Positions 38,865 to 53,638 of a DNA stretch of 64,000 bases are shown one piece after another. This DNA is from Spongospora subterranea f. sp. subterranea. Lineage: Eukaryota. Both the position numbers and the translations under genes were made by a program. Numbering within the stretch: the stretch's first letter is position 1; each line of letters starts with the position of its first letter. The notes beneath the pieces are model-generated. The model saw only the letters and a program-made list of their open reading frames with translations, was not told the DNA's origin and ran no database searches. The stretch lies in NCBI GenBank assembly GCA_049724395.1, contig JAUGWO010000142.1, positions 124,001 to 188,000 of the forward strand, written 5' to 3'.

Positions 38865-39328
38865 CAATATATTTAAGTTTGATTTCGCTCCGAGCCGTAG
38901 AGCGTCAGTCCATCAGCATGCCTGGTCTAATTGGTTCGCGAATAGTTTATTATGACTACCGACAATCAGGCTCTTTCTAAACACTATCCGAAATCCTCGT
39001 CCTGAAAAAGAACATGTGGTTGCAAAACAACGAGTACAGTTATTTACAGTTGCATAGTAAAGCCAATGGAACTCCAATGGGTTGGCAAGTGCCATGTCAG
39101 TCACAGTGTCTTGAGCACACAGATACAGGAACAGAGCGCCATAACATGATGTTCACCGGCTGGTCCCCCTGTCACCAGTGCAGCTGCAATCCAGTGATGG
39201 GCAATCGGGCAACAGGTTTCCTGACTCAAACGACGCGGAACTAGAACTGAAACCGACCACGATAGAGAGTGTACAGGCACTGGTTCAGGCATCATAATCC
39301 CTCATTTAGTTATAGCTTGGCTGTCGTG

Positions 39329-41255
39329 ATGCTGCAATTCTCTCCCCTCCTCAAATGCACTCTGCTGATTCTCGTGACCACATCGTATTCTGCCTCAGTC
39401 GAAAAAGGTCCCCCTACTTCAGCTGCTCCGCCTCGCCGCGTCGAGAACAGCCCGGCTCCTGCTCCAACTCAGCGGCCTATCAAACCTGACGTTGATACGC
39501 GCCCAAAACCGTTGCCTAATTTCCAGGGCGCTAGTGCCCCTTGCAATGCATCCCTGTTCGCCCTAGATCAAGTCCTAAGGGTTTGCTTGGGTAAAGGACC
39601 TGATTCTTGTGTTCAATTGCCATTAATCTTTGTTGCCAGGGAATCTCTCTAGCCCAGGAAGTACACCTCCTCCATCCATGCCCAGCAGCGTCAGAAATGA
39701 GTGGTGTGGCGCTTCAAACGGTTGCCGAAACCGGATTCGAAACGCGTTGTCGACCTCGATGAATCGGTGCCAAGGAGGTTCGGATGGACCTCAAAAGCAA
39801 GGCGATCGAGGGGCAGGTCCTCCAACATATGTTGGCGGGACCTTAATCCCACCTAAATCTGTCATGTTCATCTCCAACGCCACCGTGTCGTTCGACCAGG
39901 TCACATCGTTTCTTTGCCCACCCCCTCCTGCCGACTCCAAGTGCGACGACGACGTCGTTCCACTGAAGGAAGCTGGTCGTCAGGGTTTGCCGACAACGGA
40001 TATGCTGGACGGGTTATGTAAACCATGTGCCAAGAAGGTTTATTCTGTCGCAACTCGAACTCAATCTGTGTGTTAAATTCACTGGGTTAGAGTATCGGGG
40101 ATCAGATGAAGCAATCAGGCAATCAGACTGAGATCAACAGCCTCGCGTTGGCGAAATCATTATGTGACAAAGTATCATAATTGTTGCAAAAATCGTTTTT
40201 AGCCCAGCGATTGTAATCATTCTGAAAATCAGGTTGATGGGAAATATTGCGGTCCTGACATTGCTGCCTTTGATGGTCGTAAGCCGGAGGCGCTCTGCAG
40301 CCCGTGTTTCCTTCGATATTTTGCGAAGCAGGGGTTCGCTGGCGATTCTACTAAAAACCCAATGGCGAATTTCCAGAATGTGTTGACCGGGTGACGAATA
40401 TGAACGTGAAAAATTGACTTCTGAAAAACGGATTGCTTTGTTTAGAGCCTGCTATCATAACGGCACTGGCACTCCATGCATCAAGAAGGTGTTTGAGGCC
40501 ATGAATTTCACAACGGCTCAAGGAGCTGGTCTGCTAACGGGGAACGCCTCGTTTGCCTTGACCAAGCTATTCAGCCCATGCGCCACCGGATTCGATAGCA
40601 TTTGCAACAGCACCATGCAGGCGATGATGAAGAAAGTTGGCTGCTGTGCTGTGGCGATTCCGTCCGTCTTGGGAATTCTTCAGCACAATATCACCCATGC
40701 CCCAGGTTCGCAACACAGTTTCTATTCCTCAGACCGGTTCCTAAGATGTCGCCTCTGACAGGATTTCAGAAAATCAAGTTCGGTACACCTTGTTACCCGA
40801 AAACGGTTTCCAAGACCCGATTTACGATCACCACCAACGACACCGCTCAGAAGGTTTGCAGCGACCTGAGAACGGATCTGTCGACATCACTCGGAACGAG
40901 CCCCGATAACATCAACTGCTCTGCGACCGTTCTGATGGGCCGACGACTACTCGCTTCGTCAACAGTGGATGTGACCACAACTGTCAGCGAATATCAGGCG
41001 CCTGGAGCGCCCACGACTACTGTGTTCGAACCCGACTATCTCCAAGGTTCGGTCACCAATATCGTCAGTCTGTCGGATGCCACGACCGCTCCCGAAACGG
41101 TATCTCCTATGGCGTCTCCAACGGCCTCGACATCATCTGGCGCCACAACATCTCCAGCTCCTTCTTCACCTAAGCCGTCTTCTGATGCTCCAAAGGCGCT
41201 TTCTACAGCTGTTTCGCTGAGCGTGGCTGTTTTCGTTTGCGCCTTATTCGCATAA
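39329..41255 (+). CDS. Secreted Cys-rich, probably GPI-anchored surface protein, multi-exon
   Basis: Signal peptide MLQFSPLLKCTLLILVTTSYS, many Cys (LCKPCAK, LCSPC, GCC), GRRLL motif, Ser/Thr/Pro stalk, hydrophobic C-term AVSLSVAVFVCALFA*. Confidence 0.8.
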
Positions 41256-42925
41256 GCGAATGAATCTGTTTCATACAAATTGACCTAGTTTATTCGAACT
41301 TTCTGGTTCCCTTTTGAATCGAATTGTATATGGTATCATAGAACAACTAACCCATCGCTGAGATCACCAATAATTGACAAGGATAAACCTTTCCCCTTTG
41401 TCTCTGTAGATTATTGTATCGCTCGTGAAACCGCAGCCACCTTGTATACCAATCATGATGGTCCATGCATTCCGACCATTATTTGAATTCAGAAAGTGAT
41501 TCGCCAAGATCGAGCAGTGAATGAGTTTGGTCAGCATAAGTTGAAATAAATCAACAAACTGCCTTGATTGATTAATCCATTCTGCGCTGTGGCTCGGGAT
41601 AAGAGTACAAATACCAGTCCGGAGTTCAGAAGCGGAGCCGGCGTTGAAATCGTCGCCTGAAAAGGGTCCATAATAGGGAAAGAGAAGCCACGTGCGAAGG
41701 ATGGAAAGACAGAAAAGAATAGTGTGTTAATTCGTGTCGATTTTCCGACTTGTTGAACCCGTTGTCAATATAAAAAATGGAAAGGATATATATGGGTTTG
41801 GCTGATACCTCCAAATGCAATGCGATATGTAGTGAGCTGACGACTGACCGGTAACACCAGTATTAGCTCCAAGTTGTTGGGTGTTGCGGCGTGTCAGTGT
41901 GGCCATTGTCAGAGTTTTGCGTACTGATATTGATAATTGTTTTGTACATACGGTATCGGGGACTATAAATGGACCCCAGCAAATCATAGCTGCAATCGAT
42001 TATCATCGTGTTCTACCTTCTCCACGATGAACTTACCCAGAATCGGTGCTGATGGTATCAACCCCCATGTGTAAACAAAATCTTATCTAGTGGCGAGCGC
42101 CAACCCGAGGCAATCCGAAAACACCACAGACAAAACGGTCATAAAATTGATATTAGTAGATTCGGTGCTATGTGTTCTAAGGCATTATTGGCGTCACTTT
42201 TGAGTGTGTTGCCACGAATGTTTATCAACTTCGCCTCAGTTTTCCACGATCAGGAAGCGAGCATCAGCGTCATATCCCACATCTGTTCAGCGTATTCCCG
42301 GGGATACTAGTGAATAAATATTGAGTGATGGCGTTGACGCTGCCTGGCTGATTGTGCAAACACAGGTGAGTTGTTGTTTGCTTCCTAATATGACGGCAAT
42401 TACGAACAAATTTTCAAAACATGATTCAGAAGTGAAACCGTGCTTTCTCGGCAACCCGTAAGTCCGCAGACCGCTCCATCCGACCCGAACATGTATATTA
42501 GTACTCACGTCCCTATACTGCCGACCTCTCCAAAAAGAGAAACGGTTTCTCGTAACTGGCACCGGGTTTTGCCCTGATATTTTTTTAGTCCGTGTTCGGT
42601 GCACCATGGCGATATCGACACTGTGTACACGTGGCGTTTCCAACCATAATCTGATGATCAGCTAGAGCGATGTGAGGGTATTGGAATTACACCATAGAGC
42701 ACACACAAGGCCATGTCATCATTTTTGCTACGGGACTCACACCGATGTCGAAAGGTAAAAATGTGGTTGGATACTAATATTGCTCACACACAAATATACA
42801 GAAAAGTGTATTAGCATGGAGGAAAAATCAAGCGTGAACAGATTTTGACTAAACATTTGCCGTTTGAGCGTCATCGTTGCAGTTAGTTACGCGATAAGAG
42901 TCAATCGAATACAGCCATTGACTAT

Positions 42926-43255
42926 TCATGTTCGTAAAATTTTGGGAACTGGTTTCCTTAGTTTCCAGACGTTGGAATCAGCATGTTCCTTTAATCGTGC
43001 TTGAAAGAAACTGTCTTTCTCAAAAAAATCAAGGGCTTTTATTGTCTCATTACGCTCAACTTGTGTTGAACAGTCCGCCAGACACGTGTAACAGTCAATG
43101 AACATGTTCACAATACTGTATCACAGGACTGAAACAACATGAAGACGCCGCAGTTCTAAGTGGTTCATTGTACACTGTACATTACAGCCGTGAGTGGATA
43201 CGGTAAGGCAATGAATGACCTCCAGTGCCATTGATAATGGAATATCAAATGACAT
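42926..43255 (-). CDS. Possible small spliced hypothetical protein, head-to-head with TRAPPC11
   Basis: MSFDIPLSMALE followed by a GT donor; downstream exon ERNETIKALDFFEKDSFFQARLKEHADSNVWKLRKP; no family recognised. Confidence 0.35.
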
Positions 43256-43313
43256 GATGACCGGATTAACTGAAACCTGATCAGCGGTCCACATTTATTA
43301 GCTGCCGTTTTAG

Positions 43314-46300
43314 ATGAGTATACCCAGTCGGAAGTTGCAACTGGATGGGTGCTTGGACGACAGTTTAGTGTGGCTCACCAATAACAGTATTCAGCCATGC
43401 GTTGCGCTTTGTGGTACCCAGGCTTTAAGGGAGAATTTTCATCAACATTGTAATTTTGACCAAGTCAAGGTACGCTTCCAAAGTTGGGAAATCTATGTTC
43501 TTTGTTTCTACTTATTGACTCTAATTGATGAAATGCTCTTTAGGTTATTGAATGTGAACATAATGACACTTTTGTCGAACATACAATTGACTCAGACGAT
43601 GAGTGTAGTGACATTGATGTTGCTCCAGAGGTGCCAATACATGTATCCACCCTGGATTTTCCAATTTGATCTTGATTTTCAGGAGCCAATGGGAATCATT
43701 GGGCCGAACTGGTTCTCAAACCGGATGTATTTCGTCCCAGCTGTGTCGGTGTTAATATTTGAATGGCCCGTTGAAATAAGTTTTGAGGAGCTTAAACGGG
43801 AAGTTGTTGGAAAAGTGAAAACATTCAAGTAGTTTTGATCTCGCTTTAATGCTTGACTGCTGTAATGAGCTGCTTCTTTTGTAGGCTCAATAACAGTAGT
43901 AGAGATCTTCATCCGATGGTGGCCATTCTTAAAATCAGCAGTGCTCCACTTGAAGGTTGTTAATCGCTTCGCTGTACACAGTTTTCTTTTAAAAATTCAA
44001 ACAGACGATATTTTGCTGGAAAGGCAGTTAATGTCTCTAAGAAGCGACCTATCGTTATCGGAAGATTATCTCGTTCTCATTCCGTCATTTCGCTTGGCCC
44101 AGGTTGTGCAAAGTGTCGGGTTGCAAATCAAAGACAATGCAGTGGCTGTTTACGGGACAGCAGTGAAGACCCTCAAAAGAAAACGGAGTCGTTTGAGTCG
44201 TAATTCGCCCATCAATACCCTTATTCGGTATCACATCAAGCTGGGCTTTTATGAAATGCTTATTCATGATAACCATTCAGCATTAAGGTATTCGTTTGAA
44301 TTGTTTGTGATCCTTGTTGACATTATGCAGATGCTTTACCACAGCGCACCAAGATTTGTGTGGCAAGGCTCCAGTGACAACGTTTGAACTAATCGAAATC
44401 CGCAGCATAGGACTTGTTCTCAACGCCTTGGTTAGTCTCTGCTCCATAATTGCGTAGAGTCTCATTAGGTTTCAGATATGCCAAATTCTAACATTGAGCG
44501 AAGATATTCCCGGTGTGCTTGATCAATTCGAGCGCCATATCAAGTCAACGATGCCAATTACAGTCAATGACAATTACTCAAAACAGTTGCACTTCATGCT
44601 AGAAAAGTGGATTCAGCAGGAGTATGTTATACCAGGGTTCGCGTTGTCAAATGTTAATTCTAATTGATTTGTAGATATGGTGTCATGGCACTACTCCTTC
44701 GAGATTATCCTCCCCAGTGTTTCAGGTTTCTATTTTCTTCAGGAAATGCAGCTGTTAGGCGGGTGGAGCATCCATTGGGACTTCATGATCTTGAAAAGCA
44801 TTACGTTGAACAGCTCTTGGAGCTATCACATAAACCCCCATTTTTTTACGGCCAGGTTCCTAGATGTAAATTTCTCCTCACTGTCAGCTGCTTTGTAGTA
44901 TCTAACTATTCGGCAGATGACCAGTTTGAGCTCGACAACGGCATCGCTGCGGATCTGTTTATGCTTCTTGAAAGTCAATATCGACGTTCACCCAACATTC
45001 TCACTTTAATGACTGCTGCACATAATCTGCTGTTATCATTGCCGAAAAGGAGGAAACGCCAGGTTGCTATTTCAGAATCTCGTATAGCCAGGCAGCTTGT
45101 CAGAGAAAGCAAATTTTCTGCCGCTTTACCGCTGTTTCAAAAGGTATTTACCATCAAATTTCGTAGTTGTCTTTACCGAACCCATTTTTTTGCGGGCAGA
45201 TTTTACAGACGCTCCGTGATGGAAGTTGGGCCGATTGTCTTATCTCGACGTTGAGGGCCGCTCTTGTCGCAGCGATTGAGATCAAATCGTTTTCTGACGC
45301 GATCAAGTTTCAATGTGAACTGATAGCTGTACTTCCCGAAGGTACTGTTGTATTAATTCTTTTTGTTTTCCGGATGGTCATGTGCAAGTTCACAGGTCAG
45401 TCAATGACTCTTCATAAAGAATTTCTTCTGCGCTTGCAAAACAGGCGTCTGGTGTCGTCGATCTCTCATCTACAGGAATTCGTAAAGTCCTTGCTCTTAT
45501 CGGTTTTCTACAGCTGATAGTTCTCTCAGTTTCTGCATTTCAAGCGAATTCAGTGCTTACAATATTTTCGTTAGTCCTGTACGATGCAGATTTTTCTTTT
45601 GCTTATTCAAATCATCAGCAAATTTCCATCGTCAGTATCTTTTAAACGAATAACTGTTTTTGATGCATCAGAAACTGAGTCCTGTCTGGCGTGTTCCGGT
45701 CGATGATCACCTCAATTCTCATCAATTTTTTCCTGATTCTTGTTTCTTCAGATTTAACTATATCCAAATCGTCTCCGTTATCGCTGGATCTCTCCATGTC
45801 TGGTGCTTCATTTGCTATTTTTTCATTGGAGTCTGTCTCACTTCGTATCGAAATCGCAAGGACATCCCAAATTGCTCACGTTCAGTATTATTCTGAATAT
45901 TTATTTACCCACATCTGACTAATATTATCATTCAGGTGCTACAAGAAGTATCTTGCAGTCTTCAATCTGCAGTTACATCTTGTGTTGCTTATGAATATGT
46001 GCCCATTACATTTGCACTTACGCATTTTAAAGGTTTCCGTCGCTTCAACTCGATTTGTTTAGCATTGCTCATGTTTGCATTTTAGGCTATAGCAGATATA
46101 CTCTTTCCTGTAGCATGTCGAAATGTCTGTTGGACAGTTCCACTCTTGAACCCGTTGGTGACGGGCGAAGCTTGGCAATCGACCAAACCTGTTCGCTCGA
46201 GCGTGAAACCTTTTCGATATCTGCTATTTTGTATTGCACGAGCCCTGGCTCAGTCAATGTATCGATGTCGGCAATTTGGTGTTAGGGTACCGGAGCTAAT

Positions 46301-47298
46301 CAGTAGACAGGTGGTGGTGGCACTCTTTGGCGATGAACGTGATCCATTTGAACATGTATCCACATTCACTGTACAAGATCCTTTTCAAATATCAGTCAGC
46401 TGGATGTCCTATTCATTAGAAAAGGTCAGATTTTGCTCTTATAATTGCATCGTGGCAGTTTACATTTGAGTTAGGCGGAAAACAAATCCGATGATTCAAG
46501 TTTAATTGCGAATTCGCCGTCTTTAGTACGCATCTGCAATTGTGCAATGCTGCTACATTTAAAATTTCTGTCGTGGAAGTGATCTTCGCTGTGGTAAACG
46601 CTTTTTTGTATAGTTGTTATTATCTTTGCTAAATCGCATTCAGAACCTCGACATCTTTCCAACCAGTGCCCCCGTTGCCAATATTTCTAAAGGTATAAAC
46701 GTGAGTAGACAAAATTTAGTTTGACCTTTGACGCCGATACAGAACTTTCCCCGAATGATGCCGTGACATGTTGTTTTAGCGTTATACCTACCGGTATTTG
46801 TATATCGCAACGGCCTGGTCAAATCCTCGTCAAATGGCGTCGGTGTGCTGATGCCACTCTTCAAACTTTTGTCAGCAATGCCATTCCTGTAGTAACCGTA
46901 TACTCCCGAATGTTATCGGTTGATATGATCTACCCTGATCCTGATACTTGCGTTCTTGGAAAACCGTTCATTTTGGGCGTTAATATTACGTCGCGCCTGT
47001 ATCTTTCGACGAAGATCAACGTGTTGGTTGATGTTGCACGGTCTTCTTTTCATCTATCTGGTCCTATAAAGGTTCGTTTCATGAACCTATCGTGACTTTT
47101 GCTTCTTCCCATTTGTTTTTATAGAGTTCCGTTTTCGTCCCGATTGGTGGGCAGTTGTTGTTGCAATGGACCCTGTACCCTTTAAAGACGGGGACTGTCC
47201 AGTTGCCGCATATCCGTTTATCAACTGAGTCGAATCCATCATTACTTGACCCTGATGCCCTCGTCACTGTATTTGTCAGATCTTGTGAAGTTTCGTAA
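43314..47298 (+). CDS. TRAPPC11: Trafficking protein particle complex subunit 11 (foie gras/gryzun-like), many exons
   Basis: PCVALCG, GIIGPNWFSNRMYFVPAV, RYHIKLGFYE...ALRY, FQICQIL...LDQFERHI, W..QEYGVMALL, C-term FHLSG...WTLYPLKTGTVQLPHIRL. Confidence 0.75.
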
Positions 47299-48289
47299 CC
47301 CAACAATGCTCACATAACCTACAATATATATTTGATCACTGATTACGTCGGGTTTTTTCGTCCATGTTTTCCTTTTTACGCGTTCGAAACAGGTTCACTC
47401 TTCGTTATTGCCTTTGAATCGTGGCGAGAGTATCGAATTCAAATCGGTTTTTGTCATCGCTCAATCAGAAATCCCCAGCGCAGGCGATTCAGATAGAAAT
47501 GGGGGAACGAGCAAAGCAATTTGCGTTTGGGACGTAAGTCGTAGCGCCCTCATCTTTCAGCAGTCATTCCAGAGAGATCAAGGATTGTAATGGGTGTTGG
47601 CGCATTTGTCGACACAATAGGGCAACGCATTTTTTCCTTGTCCAATACAAAATACCTCTTTCGACAGTTATTCGAATACCGGTAGCCAGGGTGTCTTATC
47701 TCTGAAGCAAAGGAGCCTAAGACTACAGGTCTAGTCGTGGATTGTTTTTCATTTTAACTTCAACACACGTGAACTGCAAGAATGCGTGAGGGCTCCTTCT
47801 CACAATTCTGGAGGCAACGTGCCGTCAAAGTAAAGCGGACCGTATCCTCCCAGCAAGCCCTGAAAGGTGCGACAACGACATTTATCGGATCAGCAATCCT
47901 CGACCTAACAATCAAGTCACCCATCGGCTCTAAAGTCACTCTACGAAACCGTGAATAGCACTTTAAAAGCTTTGAAAACCTTAAAATCGGAAAGGTAACA
48001 GATTGGCACATGGCGCAAGAGAACGCAATCAATACACCATTTTAAAATGTAGAATGCAATGAGGCACGTTGTTTCGACGAATACGCCATGGGGCCAACAA
48101 GGGCAAAAGTAAAATTTCCTTCATCGAGCTTCGCAGGAATTCAAACCACAGTTTTGCGGTCAACGCCAGCCGGCGTCTGTCTCATGAGACATTGCAAAGT
48201 TGACCACTGTTTTTCATCCTAAGGTCGAAGACGAAAATATAATGGATTTCAGATTCCCGTTCACTTTGAAGGGTAACCTAGTGAAGTGT

Positions 48290-50878
48290 TGGATTATTTT
48301 CTATCGAAACGCTGACTGCCAAATTGACTAATAAAAGGTAGCATTTTTAGTTAATGCAGGAACAAATGGCGTTGTCGCGTCAAAACGGAGGACATAGCGA
48401 TGAGATTTGACAATGTTCGCCGGACGTTCCGCAGCTGCCACGATCGGATTGATCAAGTTATTGAACCAGTTTCAAGGAAAAACAGGAACTTACAATCCAT
48501 CAGCACTGCAGCATTCTCCAGGCTGGCAACTGCCATTGCTATTGTTTGGACCACACAGGCCATCTGTTGCTGTTCGCCATTGCACTACAAATATCAGTTC
48601 AAACAAAGACAAAAAATTAGTCCCTCAGGGCAAACTACATTCTCGATAAAACCCCCGACATAAGCATCAACACTCGGGTAATACTTGGCTTGACGAACGC
48701 CTCCCAAATCGATATATCCCACTGGATCAAATGGAGGGCAAACCGACTCCTCATTACAAAACTCATCACTGTTTCCGCACCTGTCATAGTCATATGTTCA
48801 GGACGATATTCAAGATAAGAATGTTCATGTCAAGATGACCATCCATCCTTGCTGCAGCAGGATTCAACTGGGCAAAATGTTAAACGATTCAAGGGACCAC
48901 AGGAACCGCCAACTGATGTCTCCCCAAGGCACTGATAGTCAGGTTAACATGTTGAACTACTGTTGATTGCACCGAATGGGAAATTACATTGCGGGCCGAT
49001 CCACCAATGCCACTCTAATCCTCCGATTTGGGAGGGCATTGCGATGTAATTCCACAAAACTCGCTCGACGTGGCGCGCCTGTCGAGCTAGATAATCAATA
49101 GACATAAATATGGTTTCACGTCAAGAACATAGGCTCCATAAACACTGCAGCATTCTCCAGGCTGACAACCTTGATTGTTATTGTCTGGACCACATTTCTT
49201 ATCAGGTTGCGGTTCGCCATACACTACAGAGTCCCAACTGAGAACATCAAACCCGAGGTTCCTTTCAATAACACAGTACATTGTCGATAGAGCCCCCGAC
49301 CCAAGCGCCAACGTCATCGAAATATTGAGCGTTCTCCCAACTCAACGTATATCGCTGGGTCGAATGGAGGGCGAACCGACTCCTGATTACAGTGATCAGT
49401 GGTTCCGCACCTGATGTATTGTTTTCAGAACGATTACGTCAACAATGTTGATGATGACAAGTTTACCATCCATCAACGCTGCAGCACAATCCGACTGGGC
49501 AAAATGTTCCATCCCGCATGGGATCACACGTCTTGCCAACTGATGGCTCTCCAAGGCACTAAATTCAAAAGTACCATGTTGAATTCTGATCGATTGAAGA
49601 AGGCGGAAGTTACATTGCGGGCCGATCCACCAACATCACCAATTTTCGCTTTAGGAGGGCATTGCGATGCGATCTCACAGTATTTGCCGGTCGTTCCGCA
49701 GCTGTAAAAGACGGCCAATCATTTGCTGACCATAATAATTTCACTTTAAAGAACTTACAATCCGTCAACACTGCAGCATTCTCCAGGCTGACATCCTTGA
49801 TTGTTACTGGCTGGACCACATTTGTTGTCAGGCTGCGGTTGGGTTTTACACTATACTATCACATTGAGAGCCGTTAACGCCATGTTCAACAAACAAACAC
49901 AATACCTTGTCGCTAGAACCGTCGACACAAGTATCAACAACATCGTAATATAGAGCCGGACGAGCTCCTCCCAACTTGACACATTTCGCTGGGTCGAATG
50001 GAGGGCAAACCGAGTCCTGATTACAGTGGTCATCAGTGGTTCCGCACCTAAATGTTGTTTTCAGAACGGAATTTATGATGAACATCTTCATGTCAATATA
50101 CAATCCGTCTTTGCTGCAGCACGAGCCCACTGGGCAAAATGTCCCATAATGCATTGGACCACATGTGCCACCAACGGATTGCTCTCCAAGGCACTAATAC
50201 CGAGTTACCGCGTTGAATTTCGTTTGAAGACATCAAATGGGAATTACATCGAAGGACGATCCACCAATATCATCGGGTCTCGGTTCAGGAGGGCAGAGCG
50301 ATGCGATTGAACAATAATCTTTTGACGATCCGCAGTTGTCAAGATAAATGGTCATCAATTATTGACGATAATCACTCTTTTCAAGGAAACAGCAACTTAT
50401 AATCGATGGGCACTGCAGCATTGTCCAGGCAGGCAACGACCTTTGTTATTGTTTGGACCACATGTGCCATTCGGTTGCGGTTCACCATTACACTATAGTA
50501 TCAAATTGTTTAGGGATATCAAAACACAAAATGCTTTCTCAGGGAGCATGAGTACATTACCGCTAGAACCCCCGACAAAAGCATCAACAGCATCGAAATA
50601 TTGGGCGTCCCCAGCTCCATTAAACTCAACGTATGGCAGTGTTTGATGACAAATGGGACGACAGGCTCCATCATCCGTTGGGTCTCCAATGCACTAACAT
50701 TCAGGTTGAGTCAAAGGATTCCTGTTGATTACACCCAAATGGGAAATACAGTTACGACCGATCCATCAGCTCTATGAAATTAATCATTGATCGCTTACAA
50801 ATTGGATACGGAGCATGGAACTTACTTGCGAATGGGAATCCGTAGATGAGTATTTGAAAAAATTTGTTTAGACTGCAT
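48290..50878 (-). CDS. Multi-domain hevein/CBM18 chitin-binding secreted protein built from ~635-bp tandem units; apparent frameshifts (pseudogene or assembly errors)
   Basis: Repeated CGPxNNxxGCQPGECCSxxG|CG and FCPVGSCCSKDG|CGTTDDHC, with introns at the same position in each unit; cactgcagcatt recurs at ~48503, 49143, 49770, 50412. Confidence 0.75.
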
Positions 50879-53638
50879 GAGTCGTGGTACGAAGTTCGTT
50901 GTGAAATTGCCAGATGTGACAATAAGAATCAGGAAAAAAACAAAAATAATCTTGAGCGGCATATTGAACTTTGATACAAACTAATACCACCGAAATGAAC
51001 AATGATCCAATAACGAGATTTGGAGAAGGGGTTATAGATGGTGAAAGATGTGGAACTATATATGGCAACAGACATGTCTGGTGAGACCAATGGATGTGGG
51101 GGATATGACAATGGTGGAGATGAACACAGGATATGGGTCAGGACAATATCAGGGACATGGATCGGCTTCGACAACAGCGACAGGATTTCACATTGGTGAA
51201 AAGACGGCCATCAAAGGTGAAGGGATTGCAAAAGACGCTGCTTTTTTTCGAGAACACAAATATCAATGCTTCGCCGACAGCGCAGCGCAAACTGTAATCC
51301 CGGTCTTTATTGCAGAACGTATTCGAGGGGCAGGAAGCCGCTAGCGATGCTGCAGAACAAAATGCCATTGTCAACACGCAGGGCAATCTGCAATCAAACA
51401 GGCGACAGACATCATCTAAGGGATAGATTGCGATTCAATGAGCGAGCAAAGCAATCGACGCGTACACACCCGGCCAAGCCGAGCGATCCAGGCCTGCGAC
51501 ATGGGACACGCTCGGCAAACTCATCAAACATTCCCAATCCTGCTTTGACTGTCGTTCGGTCCACGTCCTGCGTGTCGACAATGACATTGTTTTACAACAA
51601 GGACCAAAATTGCAGTGCGGCAGCGCTGTCGGCAAAAATCGATATTTTGGACATAACCGGGCCGAAAAACGGAGTCCGGAATTGAATGTGTTTCTCACAA
51701 GTTTGATGCCATTGGAAAATCACGTGTTTTTCCATCAAGTACCCGATGTTTTGTTTGATCAGCATTTCACATTGCGCTCACTTTTGCATTGGCCTGGACC
51801 ACGATATAGTGTTATTCGTGCAGTGGTTGACATTGAACCGAATTGAAAACTGTATCAATTGGTGGCGATATCACAGGGAGTTTCTCAGCTTGATCTATGA
51901 GGGTGGCTCTGGCACCCCTTTTTCAATAAATGGTTTACATTGCTGGAACCCCCGCCAGAATTTTGCATTTTCGGAGCATGAACATTCTTTAACTTGGGCC
52001 AACAGCACGAATGTGTTCGGTGAGTTGTTTTGGAATCGTTTGTCCATGCTGGACCTAAATTCGTCCCTGAGAACCAGACCCATCGGCGATTTCGGTACTA
52101 AGAAAGCAAATCGACCGATCTCTCGTGATTGACAAATCGGATGGGTTCCTGATCTCGGTTATGGAGCAAAACGAACGGGTCTGTCGATAAACCTATCATC
52201 ATTCATCATGCACTGAATTGGGTAAATACAGATTACACCCATATTTACTGATATCGAGTAATCCCTGTGTGTATGAAAGGCGATAGCGCCATGGGGGTCT
52301 TTGTCGCTCGACGTCATCGGAAAAAGTCGTCGTAGCGGATATCGTTCGATCCGATATCGCTACGATCGTGGTCTATATTCAGAGAGACGTTCATCGCCTC
52401 GTCGAATTTCCCAGATCGTGAACCGACGCGTCTGTCCGGGCAGCTAACTCTGCCCGGCAAATCGTCGGTTCCACGGTTGTTCGCAGCTTGTCGTGTTTTA
52501 CCGAATTCATCGGCACTCTTTCCAGATAACCTGAGATCTTTGATGAGCTCTGGCCAAAGTGAATCATCGTCTTCGTCTTCGTTCCTCGTCGTAACATCAG
52601 CGAACTTGGCCATTTCCTGATTTGCTTTATGAATTCTTTCTCCGATTTCCGCTCCGACTTCGTCAACTAATCGGTGAAATCTAGGACTTCATACCTTTTC
52701 AGCATTGGATGCAATGGACGCCTTTTCCACTGAGTTCACCAAACCCAACAGGAGAATGGGAAGATCAATCGAAATAGGATTTTTTGTCCAAATAACTTTG
52801 ATGGAGTTATGACCGTCAAAATCAGTCGTGTGGCGATAGAAATCACATCCCGGCCAAAAATATGCCTTTCATTGCAGCGTCGATAGACAGCAGCTTGAAG
52901 TCCATCGGAAAAACGGATCCAACTTTCCTCAGATGATCACCAAATCGTTCTTGTCACCGCTGCGTCGTGGTTTGAGCCTGCCCCAATTGTCAGTCGACAT
53001 CGTCGTCGTGGCCTCTCAGTTCGGATCTGGTGACGTTGATTGATCTGCCCATTTGATTATCGTGATCGAGATCGTTGCTAGGCCACACTCCCCCATTGAC
53101 AATGGAGTTTGGCCACAGCTTCCTTGTCTCGCCCGTATTTGGGATTCGTCAAAGACTGTTGGCGATGGACAGTCCATCAGGCCGATGTTGGTTGACGACC
53201 GCAAGTTTCACCTCGACCATGATTCTTTCGGCCCTGATCTAATTCTGGACACGCTGGGGCTGTGAAAGCAATTGGTCAGATTGGCTCGGGATTCAGTATT
53301 CAACTGAGGATCAGGCGTCGTTCAATACATGTGGCGACACCATGTTGACGATTGTCTTGCAATTTTGCAACACTGTTCAACTTTCTGTTGAAATTTGCAG
53401 TCAATATGAGGGACCTGTTCCAGGTCGACGTTCTCATATGGGAGCTTGATAGTACAAGGGTAGATTTATTGACTAGACTCAGAACGTAGACGCCAGCTCG
53501 GCTTGATGCAATCCACGACCGTGATTCCCATTCCTGAAATCGTTCCTGTCGTCTGGCAATGACATCGTCTGTCACCATCAGCGACACTACCGGGTAGCAG
53601 CATATAATACACACATAAGTGTAATGGCTGCGATGGAA

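Noticed and set aside
42600..42626. CACAGTG (Transib/RSS-like) terminus on the minus strand
   Set aside because: Single heptamer with no matching partner TIR or transposase motifs found
51048..52132. gag or transposase remnant
   Set aside because: No zinc knuckle or DDE motif could be identified in any frame
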